Below are positions 35,499-44,404 of a stretch of 46,193 bases of DNA, one piece after another (the stretch's first letter is position 1; every line of letters starts with the position of its first letter). The notes under the pieces were generated by a model. The model ran no database searches. It was not told the DNA's origin and worked only from the letters and a program-made list of their open reading frames with translations. Origin of the DNA: a virus; IMG/VR virus record IMGVR_UViG_3300045988_103144, one strand, 5' to 3'. The position numbers and the translations under genes are program-made.

Positions 35499-35984
35499 TT
35501 ACTTGCTCACTGCCTTGCCGGTGTCTGTTGCCTGCATCACTGCCGCATCCTTGCCCGGGTAGGTCTCAGGCTCGCCGTCGTTCTCCAAAGACACGCTGTA
35601 AGTAGCATCGTCCTGCGCCGGGCTTGTCTCTTCCAATGAGGCGATAACAAAGTTACCCTTTACATAAGGTGTTGTGTCGCCACCTCGCTTGAATGCCTCA
35701 ACCTCCACACTTGCGCCCTTGCCCCAAAGTGGTGCAATCTGCTCGTGGCCGTTCTCGGTCTCGCCATAGAAGCGCAAACCCTCGGCACTGATAGAGATTG
35801 ACAAACCAGTCACTCCCTTGCCCTTCCAAAGTCCGCTGCTCTTGGCGGCACTCGCTTCAGGCTTGACGGCACGGTCTTTTGTCTCGCTGTTGAAAGTGAG
35901 GGTGTGGCTTGTACAATGTCCCACCGCCTTGCCTCCAACCTTAAGCAAAAGGTCACTACCATTGATATATCCAGTATCTGCCAT
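35499..35984 (-). CDS. Major tail protein (TP901-1/phi13-like)
   Basis: 161 aa, MADTGYINGSDLLLKVGGKAVGHCTSHTLTFNSETKD..., upstream of the chaperones. Confidence 0.7.
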   Translation of the reverse strand: MADTGYINGSDLLLKVGGKAVGHCTSHTLTFNSETKDRAVKPEASAAKSSGLWKGKGVTGLSISISAEGLRFYGETENGHEQIAPLWGKGASVEVEAFKRGGDTTPYVKGNFVIASLEETSPAQDDATYSVSLENDGEPETYPGKDAAVMQATDTGKAVSK

Positions 35985-36014
35985 AACTATAAAAATTAAA
36001 TGGTTCTAAATTAC

Positions 36015-36407
36015 TTAAATTCTGACTTGATAAACAAGCTGCTGCACAAAGGCATCATCCTCGTAGCCCTCTTCGCTGTCGGCAAGCGTACAACTGCGCA
36101 TCTTCACGCCGTCACGTTCTCCGCTTGCGTAGTCGAGTGCCTGGCGCACCGCCTCGGCAAGTTCCACGCCCTCGGCATACTTCGCCGTATAGCAAACCAC
36201 CTCCATAGTCACGGTGTCGGCTCCCGGCATTCCCTGCTTTGTGGGATTGTGTGCCAATGCCGCACGGCGATATAATATATAAGGTAGTTGGGCATTGTCT
36301 ATCACGATGGGGAAAACCTTGTTTGTTCTCCGCTTCACTTCCTCGTTAGATAGAAGAATATCGCGAATAATGCTGCCTGCGCTTAATGATGTCTTTTTCA
36401 GTGCCAT
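36015..36407 (-). CDS. Tail completion/terminator protein (DUF3168-like)
   Basis: 130 aa; call rests on position and an LPYILYRR-type motif. Confidence 0.45.
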   Translation of the reverse strand: MALKKTSLSAGSIIRDILLSNEEVKRRTNKVFPIVIDNAQLPYILYRRAALAHNPTKQGMPGADTVTMEVVCYTAKYAEGVELAEAVRQALDYASGERDGVKMRSCTLADSEEGYEDDAFVQQLVYQVRI

Positions 36408-36416
36408 AGCTATATG

Positions 36417-36971
36417 TTATAAAAGTCCCTGCTTTCTTGCTGCCTTTTCCACGTTGTTCTGCAAGTTGTTGAAAAGGTTGGTTTCCACGCTGTCGGCGGT
36501 CTGCTGCTCCGTCTTGGCGAGAAAAGCGTAACGCTTCATCTTGCCGCGGCTCCCACCGCCTCGTAGATACTGTCTTATTTTCTTGCCCGTGAACCTGCTT
36601 TTACCGAAAAACGATGAAATACGCCGTCCTACATGTCTTTGGCGTGTTCCGTCCTCTGCCCACATCAAAACTGGCTTTTCCATGTTCTGACGGTTGAGGT
36701 GGATGCCCTTGCGCCTACCATGTGGCTTAACGCTTACCATGAAGCCCAGGCCGTAGCGATCGGGGTAGGTACGCACATAGATGCCGTTTGAAAGACTGCG
36801 CTTTGTGCCACTGCCAATGCCGCTTTGTCCCAGATTGGAGACTGCTGCCTTTTTCAGGCGGTTGCCCTCCCTGCGCATGGCACTTCGCATAGCCTTGCGT
36901 TGGTCTTTCATGTCGAGTGCCTTGTAAACATCGGCAAACGGCTTGTTGATGTCGGTAACGGTTTCTTTCAT
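36417..36971 (-). CDS. HK97 gp10-like head-tail joining protein
   Basis: 184 aa; call rests on position in the head-tail connector block. Confidence 0.45.
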   Translation of the reverse strand: MKETVTDINKPFADVYKALDMKDQRKAMRSAMRREGNRLKKAAVSNLGQSGIGSGTKRSLSNGIYVRTYPDRYGLGFMVSVKPHGRRKGIHLNRQNMEKPVLMWAEDGTRQRHVGRRISSFFGKSRFTGKKIRQYLRGGGSRGKMKRYAFLAKTEQQTADSVETNLFNNLQNNVEKAARKQGLL

Positions 36972-37019
36972 CGTTCTGGCTGCATATACATTAAGAAAAC
37001 AGACTATTGCAAAATCTGA

Positions 37020-37340
37020 CTATTCGTTTACTCGTTCACAAACTAAAGTGTTCATACCTCTATCAATGTTAGGGATGATGGCAACAACCGTATAAAGGTA
37101 GCCACCTAACTGCTGCACTCTCCAGTTTTCTTTTACCGGGTGTGCGTCCCTCACATTAAACTCGGCTCGATAGTCGGGGAAATGTTCGCCCACTTCCTCG
37201 CTACGGTTTCCGCTCTGCTTCTTCCTCTCTGCCCACACTGTGCGTATAGGCTCGTAGGTTGTCGCTTCCTCGCCGTAGTCGTTAGTTGTCGCCGTAGGCT
37301 TCAACAACTGCAAACGATATTTCATTTCTCCTGCTCTCAT
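37020..37340 (-). CDS. Head closure / head-tail adaptor protein
   Basis: 106 aa with the pattern RLQLLKP...TYEPIRTVWAERKKQSGNRSEE. Confidence 0.6.
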   Translation of the reverse strand: MRAGEMKYRLQLLKPTATTNDYGEEATTYEPIRTVWAERKKQSGNRSEEVGEHFPDYRAEFNVRDAHPVKENWRVQQLGGYLYTVVAIIPNIDRGMNTLVCERVNE

Positions 37341-37645
37341 TCCGCTAATTTCCGATAGGGTTTAATTAAGGCTTGTAGCGAATCAGGCACGGCGTGCATC
37401 TGCACGTTACTCACACTTTCACGCTGATTGTACCAATGTGCGCCCAACATCATTATAGCGTGTTTTATGGGGGTAGGTACATCATGTCCGTTACCCATCT
37501 GCGCCAATTCCTCTTGGGTTCTATTGGTCGCCGTGATAACTGCGCTTTCCGCTGTATCTAATAGATGCTGCAAATACTCGTCATCATCGGCGAAATCATC
37601 AGCCCTTACGTGCTTCTTAAAAAGTGCCAAACTCACTACTGCCAT
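37337..37645 (-). CDS. gp6-like head-tail connector protein
   Basis: 102 aa with LFKKHVRADDFADDDEYLQHLLDTAESAV. Confidence 0.6.
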   Translation of the reverse strand: MAVVSLALFKKHVRADDFADDDEYLQHLLDTAESAVITATNRTQEELAQMGNGHDVPTPIKHAIMMLGAHWYNQRESVSNVQMHAVPDSLQALIKPYRKLAE

Positions 37646-37678
37646 AACGTTATAACTTTATAAATTGTGATTACTTAC

Positions 37679-38857
37679 TTAATCCTTGGTGCCTGCCGCT
37701 GCCGGGTCCTTAGACAACATGGCAAACGCCTCCTCACGCAATGTGGTAATAGCGTAGTCGGCATTGAGCACGAAGTCGATAGAGTTCTTACGTGCGAGTG
37801 TATAAGGGTCGATGATGATTGACATTTCACCAAACAAGCCCTGTGGGGCATACTTGAATGAGCCGAACAATACCGAGCCCTCAGCCACGTATGAGCTACA
37901 GAATACCGGTACACCCGAAATCTTGCCGTTCTCATCAACGATAGCCTGGTTTGCACCGCTCCACTTTGGCGTACCCTCCAAAAGTGCCTTTGTGGTCTCT
38001 GTCATTACGTAGCAAAGTCCCTCCGGCATGATGTTGGCGCCCAAAACAATGCCCTTGAGTGCAAGAAGCTCGGCGAGGGTAGGTGCTTCACCCTTATAAG
38101 TCTTCTTGTTAGCAGCCTTGAGGTTGACGAATGGGCCTACAAGATTTGTAGCCTTTGCCACCTTTACGGTGCTGAACATGATTTTATTCATAAGGGCGGC
38201 TGCCGCAACTGGCATATACTGGGTACATACAAGCTGCAAAAGGTCGTCGGTCTCGTTGAGCGCTTCACGTGTGATAGGCACGGCTACGCCCATACGCTCA
38301 GGCTTTGCGATAAGTTTTGTAACGTCAATCTTGGTATCACCCAGTTTTACGCCCTCATCATTGATGGTTGCCTCGAAAGTCTCGATTACAGGCCACTGAT
38401 AGTTGCCTTTCAGTCCGGTGAGCAATGGCGAACCGATTGCCGAAAGAATGGTCTTTGCATACAATGGTTCTACGATGTCGCCCATGGTGACCGGTGACGG
38501 ATTGGTAGAACTGCCCGGATTGAGATAACCCGAAGTGTTGCCGCCAAAGTCAGAAGCCACGGCGCGGCTGATCTTCAACTCAAAACGCTTGCCGTTCTTG
38601 ATGCACTCGCGCATCTGCTTGTTAGCCTCCTCGATGTCCTCACGGCGCATAACCTCAATAGTAGGGGTAGCCGCCTTGATCTTCATTTCGAGGATGTCCA
38701 TTTCACGGTAAAGGGCTTTACGCTCTCCCTTTTCCGCATCGGTGAAGTCTTCGCGCTCCTTGTCGTTCTCCAGGCCCTGCGCAATTTCTGCGAGGCGGTT
38801 TTTGATTACGTCCATGCGCTCGTAGGCTTCACGAAAATTAAACTTTTCCTTTTTCAT
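37679..38857 (-). CDS. Major capsid protein, HK97 family
   Basis: 392 aa with an N-terminal coiled-coil delta-like region. It follows the prohead protease gene. Confidence 0.85.
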   Translation of the reverse strand: MKKEKFNFREAYERMDVIKNRLAEIAQGLENDKEREDFTDAEKGERKALYREMDILEMKIKAATPTIEVMRREDIEEANKQMRECIKNGKRFELKISRAVASDFGGNTSGYLNPGSSTNPSPVTMGDIVEPLYAKTILSAIGSPLLTGLKGNYQWPVIETFEATINDEGVKLGDTKIDVTKLIAKPERMGVAVPITREALNETDDLLQLVCTQYMPVAAAALMNKIMFSTVKVAKATNLVGPFVNLKAANKKTYKGEAPTLAELLALKGIVLGANIMPEGLCYVMTETTKALLEGTPKWSGANQAIVDENGKISGVPVFCSSYVAEGSVLFGSFKYAPQGLFGEMSIIIDPYTLARKNSIDFVLNADYAITTLREEAFAMLSKDPAAAGTKD

Positions 38858-38906
38858 CTGTCAATGATTAAAATTAGTAACTAAAAAACATATATAGAAG
38901 CCGCCT

Positions 38907-39587
38907 CTACAGATTGCGGCCAACACTTGCTATGCGCTCACGCACCGCATTGATACGTTCACGCTTCTTGCTCTCGTCTATCTGCTTGGGCTTCGGCTGC
39001 TGCTCAAACTTGATGCCTGCCGCTTCCACCTCACGTTTGCTTACGTCGGTCTGCTCATAGGCGGGGTCGGTGGTAATGGTAAAGTCGTAAACGTTGTCAA
39101 TACGCTTCACGTGGCGCAAAAGAATATCCTCGCCGTCGTCGCCTTTCTCGTCCAGACGCTCGTAGCTCACGGCGTTCTCGCTGTCGCCCTCATCGGTGGA
39201 ATAGATGAACGAGCACCCGGCAATATCACCACGGCTTACCAGTTCCAAAGCCTTGTCGCCGTCAACCGTGTGCGGCATTTCTGCCCAGAACTTAACGCCC
39301 ACCTTGTCAACCTCGTAGTTTAAAGTACCATTGCCCTTGTTGCTTCGTGCCAAAACCAACTGGCGGTCGTGGAACATCGTAAGTTTGATGTCCTGCTTAT
39401 CCAGCATCTCGCGTGTCACACACCCAGGTTCCAGTACCTCGTAATAATTGTTCCACCAATCGCATAAAAGACGGCTACGTACACCGAACTTCAGTGCATA
39501 GCCCTCAATCGTGCGGCTCTCTGCTCCGTCGGTAGCCTCACGAATTCGAAGCCCCGACACAATAGCTATTGTTCTTTTCTTTTTCAT
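38907..39587 (-). CDS. Prohead maturation protease, HK97 family
   Basis: 226 aa between the portal and capsid genes; overlaps the portal stop by 4 nt. Confidence 0.75.
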   Translation of the reverse strand: MKKKRTIAIVSGLRIREATDGAESRTIEGYALKFGVRSRLLCDWWNNYYEVLEPGCVTREMLDKQDIKLTMFHDRQLVLARSNKGNGTLNYEVDKVGVKFWAEMPHTVDGDKALELVSRGDIAGCSFIYSTDEGDSENAVSYERLDEKGDDGEDILLRHVKRIDNVYDFTITTDPAYEQTDVSKREVEAAGIKFEQQPKPKQIDESKKRERINAVRERIASVGRNL

Positions 39588-40855
39588 TCTCCGTTGTTTT
39601 TATCGTTGTTATCATTTCCCTTTGCAGCTGTGCCCGATAGCTTTTCACTGCCCAGCGGTGCAAGATTGGTAGAAAGATAAACCGTATCGCCTCCGTCGAT
39701 GGTAGGTTGGTTTTCCATCCTGCGCCAATCGTTCACGGTGTAAATGCCGCTCTCGATCGTCTTTTTCTGATAGTCGGCGAGTGACTGCAAATCCATTGAG
39801 TAAATCCCCCGGCGGTCAAACAGAAAACGGCGTTTGCAGCACAAAGACCGCGGTATCAGCTTTCGGGTCAGTTCGCATTCTATACGCTTCAATATCGGGT
39901 TAAGCGTGTTGGAAAGAAAAGCCACGTTTGCCATTTCGGCACTTTTGTAGTTGCTGCTCGTATCATCGAACACGAAAGACGGGTGAACGCCAAAGAAACG
40001 GCATATCTCGCGCACCGTAAACTTTCGGCTCTCCAGAAACTGCATATCAGTAGAAGAAAGCGAAATTTGCTTAAAGTCCACCTGCCCCGGCAAACTTACT
40101 ATGCGCTCGCCCCGGCTGAAACGGCTATCCACGCTTTCGGCTGTCTTCTCCAGTTCCTTGTCCTGATACTCACCAAATCCCGTAGTAGTCTTGTCGTTGC
40201 TGATAATGCCGCGAACACTGCCACCATTGGTAAACCGGTTCTCCGTCTCCGCATCTCCTGCCGTGGCAATATCCATCGTGCGCCTTGCGTGGGTCAGCAC
40301 GCTTTCGCCCCTGCGCCCGTCTGAGGAATGCAAGTAAAGATGTATGATGTCCTTTTCCTCGAATGTGCCGAACACTCCATTATAGGCATCGGCTATGTAG
40401 TAACGGCTGTTCAGTGGGTCGTGGGTCACGGTGTGAGGTCGGCAAAGCACTAAGTCGGTCAACTCTCCCAGTACATAGCGTGGGTAAATGTAGGCATTTC
40501 CCTCAATGAGCATCAGGCGCACCGCCATCGTCCAGAAGTCAAACGCCGACATTTCGGGTTGAGGCTGCACGGTCAGAAGATAATGCAGATCACTTGCCGT
40601 GTCTTCCTGATAGCGTCCATCCCTGCACCGCATATACTGCAAACGTAGGCTCGCCACGCTCTCGCTTAGAAGCGTCACACACCGATATACCGCTGCAACC
40701 GTCATGGCATCACCGCCCCAGGCTGAAAACACCGCCACGCCGCCACCAGTCCTTACGGTGGTGGGGCGCGCGGTGCCGGCTGTGTCAGCGCCTGTTGCCT
40801 CACGGCTGAAAAATCGTTTTATATTGTTCCAAAATGTTGCCATCCGTCGTTTCAT
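39584..40855 (-). CDS. Portal protein, HK97 family
   Basis: 423 aa; first gene of the head operon. Confidence 0.8.
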   Translation of the reverse strand: MKRRMATFWNNIKRFFSREATGADTAGTARPTTVRTGGGVAVFSAWGGDAMTVAAVYRCVTLLSESVASLRLQYMRCRDGRYQEDTASDLHYLLTVQPQPEMSAFDFWTMAVRLMLIEGNAYIYPRYVLGELTDLVLCRPHTVTHDPLNSRYYIADAYNGVFGTFEEKDIIHLYLHSSDGRRGESVLTHARRTMDIATAGDAETENRFTNGGSVRGIISNDKTTTGFGEYQDKELEKTAESVDSRFSRGERIVSLPGQVDFKQISLSSTDMQFLESRKFTVREICRFFGVHPSFVFDDTSSNYKSAEMANVAFLSNTLNPILKRIECELTRKLIPRSLCCKRRFLFDRRGIYSMDLQSLADYQKKTIESGIYTVNDWRRMENQPTIDGGDTVYLSTNLAPLGSEKLSGTAAKGNDNNDKNNGE

Positions 40856-40987
40856 ACAAAACCGCCAAAGCTACAACAATTTGAATGCTGTCAACTATCT
40901 TACTGTTTTCGCTCCGGCGGTGTTCTGTCCTTTAATTATGAGTAAAAAAATCCGAGGCCCTCACGCCAAACGGCTAATGAGCCGCTA

Positions 40988-41019
40988 CAAAAATACAATC
41001 GTATTTTGCAAAAACCAAA
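40988..41019 (-). promoter_or_regulatory. Consensus Bacteroides-type promoter for the structural (late) operon
   Basis: Minus strand reads TTTG (41019-41016), a 20-nt spacer, then TATTTTTG (40995-40988), about 130 nt upstream of the portal ATG. Confidence 0.5.
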
Positions 41020-41027
41020 TGCCGTTG

Positions 41028-41060
41028 GGTGCATCGTGGTGCACGTTGGTGCAACGTGGT
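41028..41060. repeat. Three GGTGCA hexamers at exact 10-bp spacing, directly upstream of the late promoter -33 element
   Basis: GGTGCA at 41028, 41038 and 41048, plus a partial GGT at 41058. Confidence 0.6.
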
Positions 41061-41113
41061 AAAATTATTAGTTTTTTAAGAAAATAGTTTTTGGCTGTTA
41101 GGCTAAAAGGCAC

Positions 41114-41147
41114 AAAAAAGCCGCTACACCATTACGATGCAGCGGCT
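41114..41147 (-). terminator. Intrinsic terminator ending the Rha operon
   Basis: The stem AGCCGCT...AGCGGCT is followed on the minus strand by a U6 run (A6 at 41114-41119 on the + strand). Confidence 0.6.
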
Positions 41148-41183
41148 ATGTATGTGGGTTATGGTAATGTCGGGATCGTGTCC

Positions 41184-41426
41184 CTATGGCTTGTTGGTCA
41201 CCGTCTTTATAACGGCATCCTCGGTGAGCCATTCAAGCGGATACATGGCATCAAGCAAACCGTGTATTCTCAACTCGTAGTCGGGTGGCAGTTCCTCCAG
41301 CAACCATTTTACGTAGTCGCGTGTCTGCCTGATCGCATCACGGAACGTGTCAGCATTATATACCGGCATTCCGTCACGGTCTGTTATCACCAGACTTGTA
41401 ACTTTCTTAGGCTTCTTGTATCTCAT
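41184..41426 (-). CDS. Hypothetical small protein (paralogue of 41446..41673)
   Basis: 80 aa counted from the ATG at 41426 (MRYKKPKK...). The longer track ORF adds an unlikely N-terminal extension. Confidence 0.45.
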   Translation of the reverse strand: MRYKKPKKVTSLVITDRDGMPVYNADTFRDAIRQTRDYVKWLLEELPPDYELRIHGLLDAMYPLEWLTEDAVIKTVTNKP

Positions 41427-41445
41427 ATCTGTGTCCTCCCTTGTT

Positions 41446-41673
41446 TTACTCGTCTGCGTCCTCAATCCAACAGTAGTTAAGAAGATACTCCAACGTGCCC
41501 TGCACGCTTCGCACCTTGCTCGCACTTACCTTCACATCCTCCGGCAAACCCGCCATAAGGTCGTTAACGAAATCGTACACCTCGGCGATGTTCTTCTTTA
41601 AATCCTCTGCATCAGTGTTCAAGTTGCTGCTTACTAAAATAGTGTCCTTGTGCTTCTTATCTGTAACTATCAT
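41446..41673 (-). CDS. Hypothetical small protein (paralogue of 41184..41426)
   Basis: 75-aa ORF. Confidence 0.45.
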   Translation of the reverse strand: MIVTDKKHKDTILVSSNLNTDAEDLKKNIAEVYDFVNDLMAGLPEDVKVSASKVRSVQGTLEYLLNYCWIEDADE

Positions 41674-41676
41674 ATC

Positions 41677-42807
41677 TTATTCTCCTTTATTCATTAAGTT
41701 CATTAAATTGTCTGTATCCATTCCCATCATCACGCCCACGGCCTTTACAAAACGCTGCATAAGGTCGGTTGGGGTCTGTGGCATCATTGCCGCCGTCGGC
41801 TTGCCCTGCTGAGGCTTTGCCGTCTCGGTCGGTGTCGGTGGGGTAGTAGGGGCCTTTGGCTTGGTCTGCTGTGGTGCTTGGGTTGTCGCTACAGGCTTGC
41901 CGTGGTTCTTTGGTCCCTGTGCTCTGCGAAAAGCCTTGCGGACCTCACTTTGCATGTCCTTGTCTATGGTCGTACAATGCTTGCACATCACTTTGAACGC
42001 CTCTGCCGTAATGTAGTACACTACACCCGTCGGGCTTTCGTAGCCCTTGCCAAAGCCTCGGTTTACCGTTCTGCCACATCTGAAAATGACGCTACCAGGG
42101 CGCACGAAATATTTTTTCATACGCTGGACGCTCTCACAAACGTAGCGGTGTTCACGCCCTTGCAGCTTTGCGAGTGTTAGCGACGAAACCACACGTCTGC
42201 CGTTGTAGTCCTCAATGGTGATGCCGTCCTCTGCTGTGGTGGTCTGCTGCTCGGCTGTCTGTGGCTCTGCCTGTCGCTTTCTGCTCTTGGCTAGCGACAT
42301 AGCTGCCACGCGTGCATCTATCGCCGCCTCCTCTCGTTCCTCGCGCTCCAAAAGTTTCTCGTACTCCTCGGCTTCCTTTTTGTCGTGCTCCTCAATGGCT
42401 TTCGCCATCTGCTCGGCTCTTATCTTAGCCTCCATTTCGTTGAACGCCTTGATGTAAGCCTCTTTCCACTTCGCTGCCGTCTTTCCGGTAAAACCCATAA
42501 CAAGAAACATGAAGCCATCACGGGTAATGTAATACATTGGCAACTGCTTTTTGATGTTGCCATTTTGGTAGTCGATTTTAGAAAGCGCAAAATTTCGCTC
42601 TCTAAATTCTTCGCTGCAATCCAACGACTTAACGGCTTTCAGAACATCTTTGTGCTGTTTGCTGAAAACCTCCGCTACTTTCAAAGATGTAGTAACGGCA
42701 TGCTCGTTTTCTACTGCTACCAAACTTAACTCTTGGTCGGTGGGTGCAACCTGCACCACTTCCGTTACCTGCTCTACAGGATTTTGATCTGATACGTTAC
42801 TTGACAT
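41677..42807 (-). CDS. Rha-family regulatory protein / antirepressor with a second C-terminal DNA-binding-like domain
   Basis: 376 aa. TTSLKVAEVFSKQHKDVLKAV...YYITRDGFMFLVMGFTGKTAAKWKEAYI is Rha-like. A Glu-rich linker and a Pro/Thr-rich tail follow. Confidence 0.65.
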   Translation of the reverse strand: MSSNVSDQNPVEQVTEVVQVAPTDQELSLVAVENEHAVTTSLKVAEVFSKQHKDVLKAVKSLDCSEEFRERNFALSKIDYQNGNIKKQLPMYYITRDGFMFLVMGFTGKTAAKWKEAYIKAFNEMEAKIRAEQMAKAIEEHDKKEAEEYEKLLEREEREEAAIDARVAAMSLAKSRKRQAEPQTAEQQTTTAEDGITIEDYNGRRVVSSLTLAKLQGREHRYVCESVQRMKKYFVRPGSVIFRCGRTVNRGFGKGYESPTGVVYYITAEAFKVMCKHCTTIDKDMQSEVRKAFRRAQGPKNHGKPVATTQAPQQTKPKAPTTPPTPTETAKPQQGKPTAAMMPQTPTDLMQRFVKAVGVMMGMDTDNLMNLMNKGE

Positions 42808-43023
42808 AACTAAATGACTTTGACAAAAACGAAAAAACCGCGCTACGTGCTGTCAGGTCTCATTTAGCAAGAACCCCGGGGCATTTCTGCTACCCGACAC
42901 GGCGCGGCTATCTCTTTATATAGAAATATCCTATTATACTTACTATGGCATGGATACAAAAATAGCCGCTACGTTACGGTGAACGGCGGCAACATCTGTA
43001 CCGCTAAATGAAATTTGACACTG

Positions 43024-43055
43024 CAAAGATACATAAAAAAGTTTAAAGCACCAAA
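43024..43055 (-). promoter_or_regulatory. Consensus promoter of the Rha operon
   Basis: Minus strand reads TTTG (43055-43052), a 20-nt spacer, then TATCTTTG (43031-43024). Confidence 0.45.
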
Positions 43056-43071
43056 GATTTTCGGTAAAAAG

Positions 43072-43103
43072 TTACTTAGTTACTTATATTTTTTGTATTT
43101 TTG
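43072..43103 (+). promoter_or_regulatory. 17-mer motif plus TATTTTTG box upstream of the 43130 operon
   Basis: TTACTTAGTTACTTATA at 43072-43088 and TATTTTTG at 43096-43103; the ATG is at 43130. Confidence 0.45.
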
Positions 43104-43129
43104 CATTCAAATTACAAATTTTAAGAAAA

Positions 43130-43480
43130 ATGACACTTGAAACAATAAATTCTCTTTTGGTGCTGTATGGCTTGATTGTTACGGTTGCCGCCATATTGAT
43201 GTATGCAAAACAATGGCAGATGGCGAGCGATATTAGGGCTATACGCAACCATTTCATTAAGGCGAATGAGCCGATTAGTACAACTACGCAGTTGACAGAA
43301 GAAACCGACTATGATAAACGCCTTGATAATGTTAAGCCCGGTGACAAAGTAAAAAGGGCTTATGACGGCAAAATTATGACCGTTGAGGCTGTTTGCCCTG
43401 ATGGCATTTGCTGCTACGCTGGAGTTATAGACGGAAAGCAAACATACCCAAAATCTTCTCTTGAATATATTGTACAATGA
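43130..43480 (+). CDS. Hypothetical protein with an N-terminal TM segment
   Basis: 116 aa with LLVLYGLIVTVAAILMY. Confidence 0.5.
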   Translation: MTLETINSLLVLYGLIVTVAAILMYAKQWQMASDIRAIRNHFIKANEPISTTTQLTEETDYDKRLDNVKPGDKVKRAYDGKIMTVEAVCPDGICCYAGVIDGKQTYPKSSLEYIVQ

Positions 43481-43905
43481 AAAATCTGTTATTTCTTTTG
43501 TTCGCCGTAACGCTTTTTTGTTGCTGTTCTTCTGACAATGACGACAACAACAATCTTAACGGTTTTGAACTCTATGAAGGAACGTGGGGGCCTGTATCAT
43601 ATACGTTGAAAGGCAAAGTTTATCCATGCAATCCAGAATATCCTAACATCAACAATATTGACCGCCTTGTGTTTCTCAGGTGGGAAGACGATAAAGTGAT
43701 CATACGGTACGAATGTTTCTACAATGGAGAATGGAAGCACCGTACCGACAAAACATTTATCTGGCATAATGGCAAGTTCTACAAAATTAAACTTGTAGGC
43801 TCTTCAAATGTAGAAATGGGCGAACCATATACTGCCATAACAATAGATGGCGGCTTTATGTATAACTCCGACTATGAGGGTGTGAAATTCAAGAAAGTGC
43901 GATAA
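43477..43905 (+). CDS. Lipoprotein (accessory)
   Basis: 142 aa. MKNLLFLLFAVTLFCCCSSDN is a signal peptide plus lipobox-like Cys. The ATG overlaps the stop of the upstream gene. Confidence 0.55.
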   Translation: MKNLLFLLFAVTLFCCCSSDNDDNNNLNGFELYEGTWGPVSYTLKGKVYPCNPEYPNINNIDRLVFLRWEDDKVIIRYECFYNGEWKHRTDKTFIWHNGKFYKIKLVGSSNVEMGEPYTAITIDGGFMYNSDYEGVKFKKVR

Positions 43906-43915
43906 AACAAACATA

Positions 43916-43945
43916 AGCCCCGATAGGTTGCTGCCTATCGGGGCT
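43916..43945. terminator. Perfect 12-bp stem-loop between convergent genes (bidirectional terminator)
   Basis: AGCCCCGATAGG-ttgctg-CCTATCGGGGCT. Confidence 0.7.
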
Positions 43946-43987
43946 ATATCTTAGTATTGGCAATAAAAAGTACAACCCTTGAAAGGT

Positions 43988-44404
43988 CTATTGTTTTTTA
44001 TTGTTGATAAATATAGATGCGATGCTTGCAACGGCGGCGAGACCAAAGACACCGGCAAACCATGCACGATCAAGATAGAGTGCATAGGCCGCAAGACCAA
44101 TTGTAACAACAATAGACAAAAAGGCAAAAAACATTCCCCACCAATTCATTCGTCCCACCTTATGCTCATTATAGCTAAGTATCTTTAGCTTTTTCTCATC
44201 TTGTTTGTGACGGTGCTGTTGTTCACGCTCCGACGATTTAATGAGAAAATCAACTATCTTAGGGTCGATTTTCTGATACTCCGCTAACTCTTGTGGTGCT
44301 GGCAGTATGTTGTCGTCAACCGAAACGGTCTGCTCTATCTGGTTGCCCACGGCATCGCCATTGGCGATGTTGGTGCCTTTAATTGAATATGATTGCTTAG
44401 CCAT
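43988..44404 (-). CDS. DUF2335-like membrane protein
   Basis: 138 aa with LPAPQELAEYQKIDPKIVDFLIKSSEREQQHRH followed by two TM segments. Confidence 0.5.
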   Translation of the reverse strand: MAKQSYSIKGTNIANGDAVGNQIEQTVSVDDNILPAPQELAEYQKIDPKIVDFLIKSSEREQQHRHKQDEKKLKILSYNEHKVGRMNWWGMFFAFLSIVVTIGLAAYALYLDRAWFAGVFGLAAVASIASIFINNKKQ

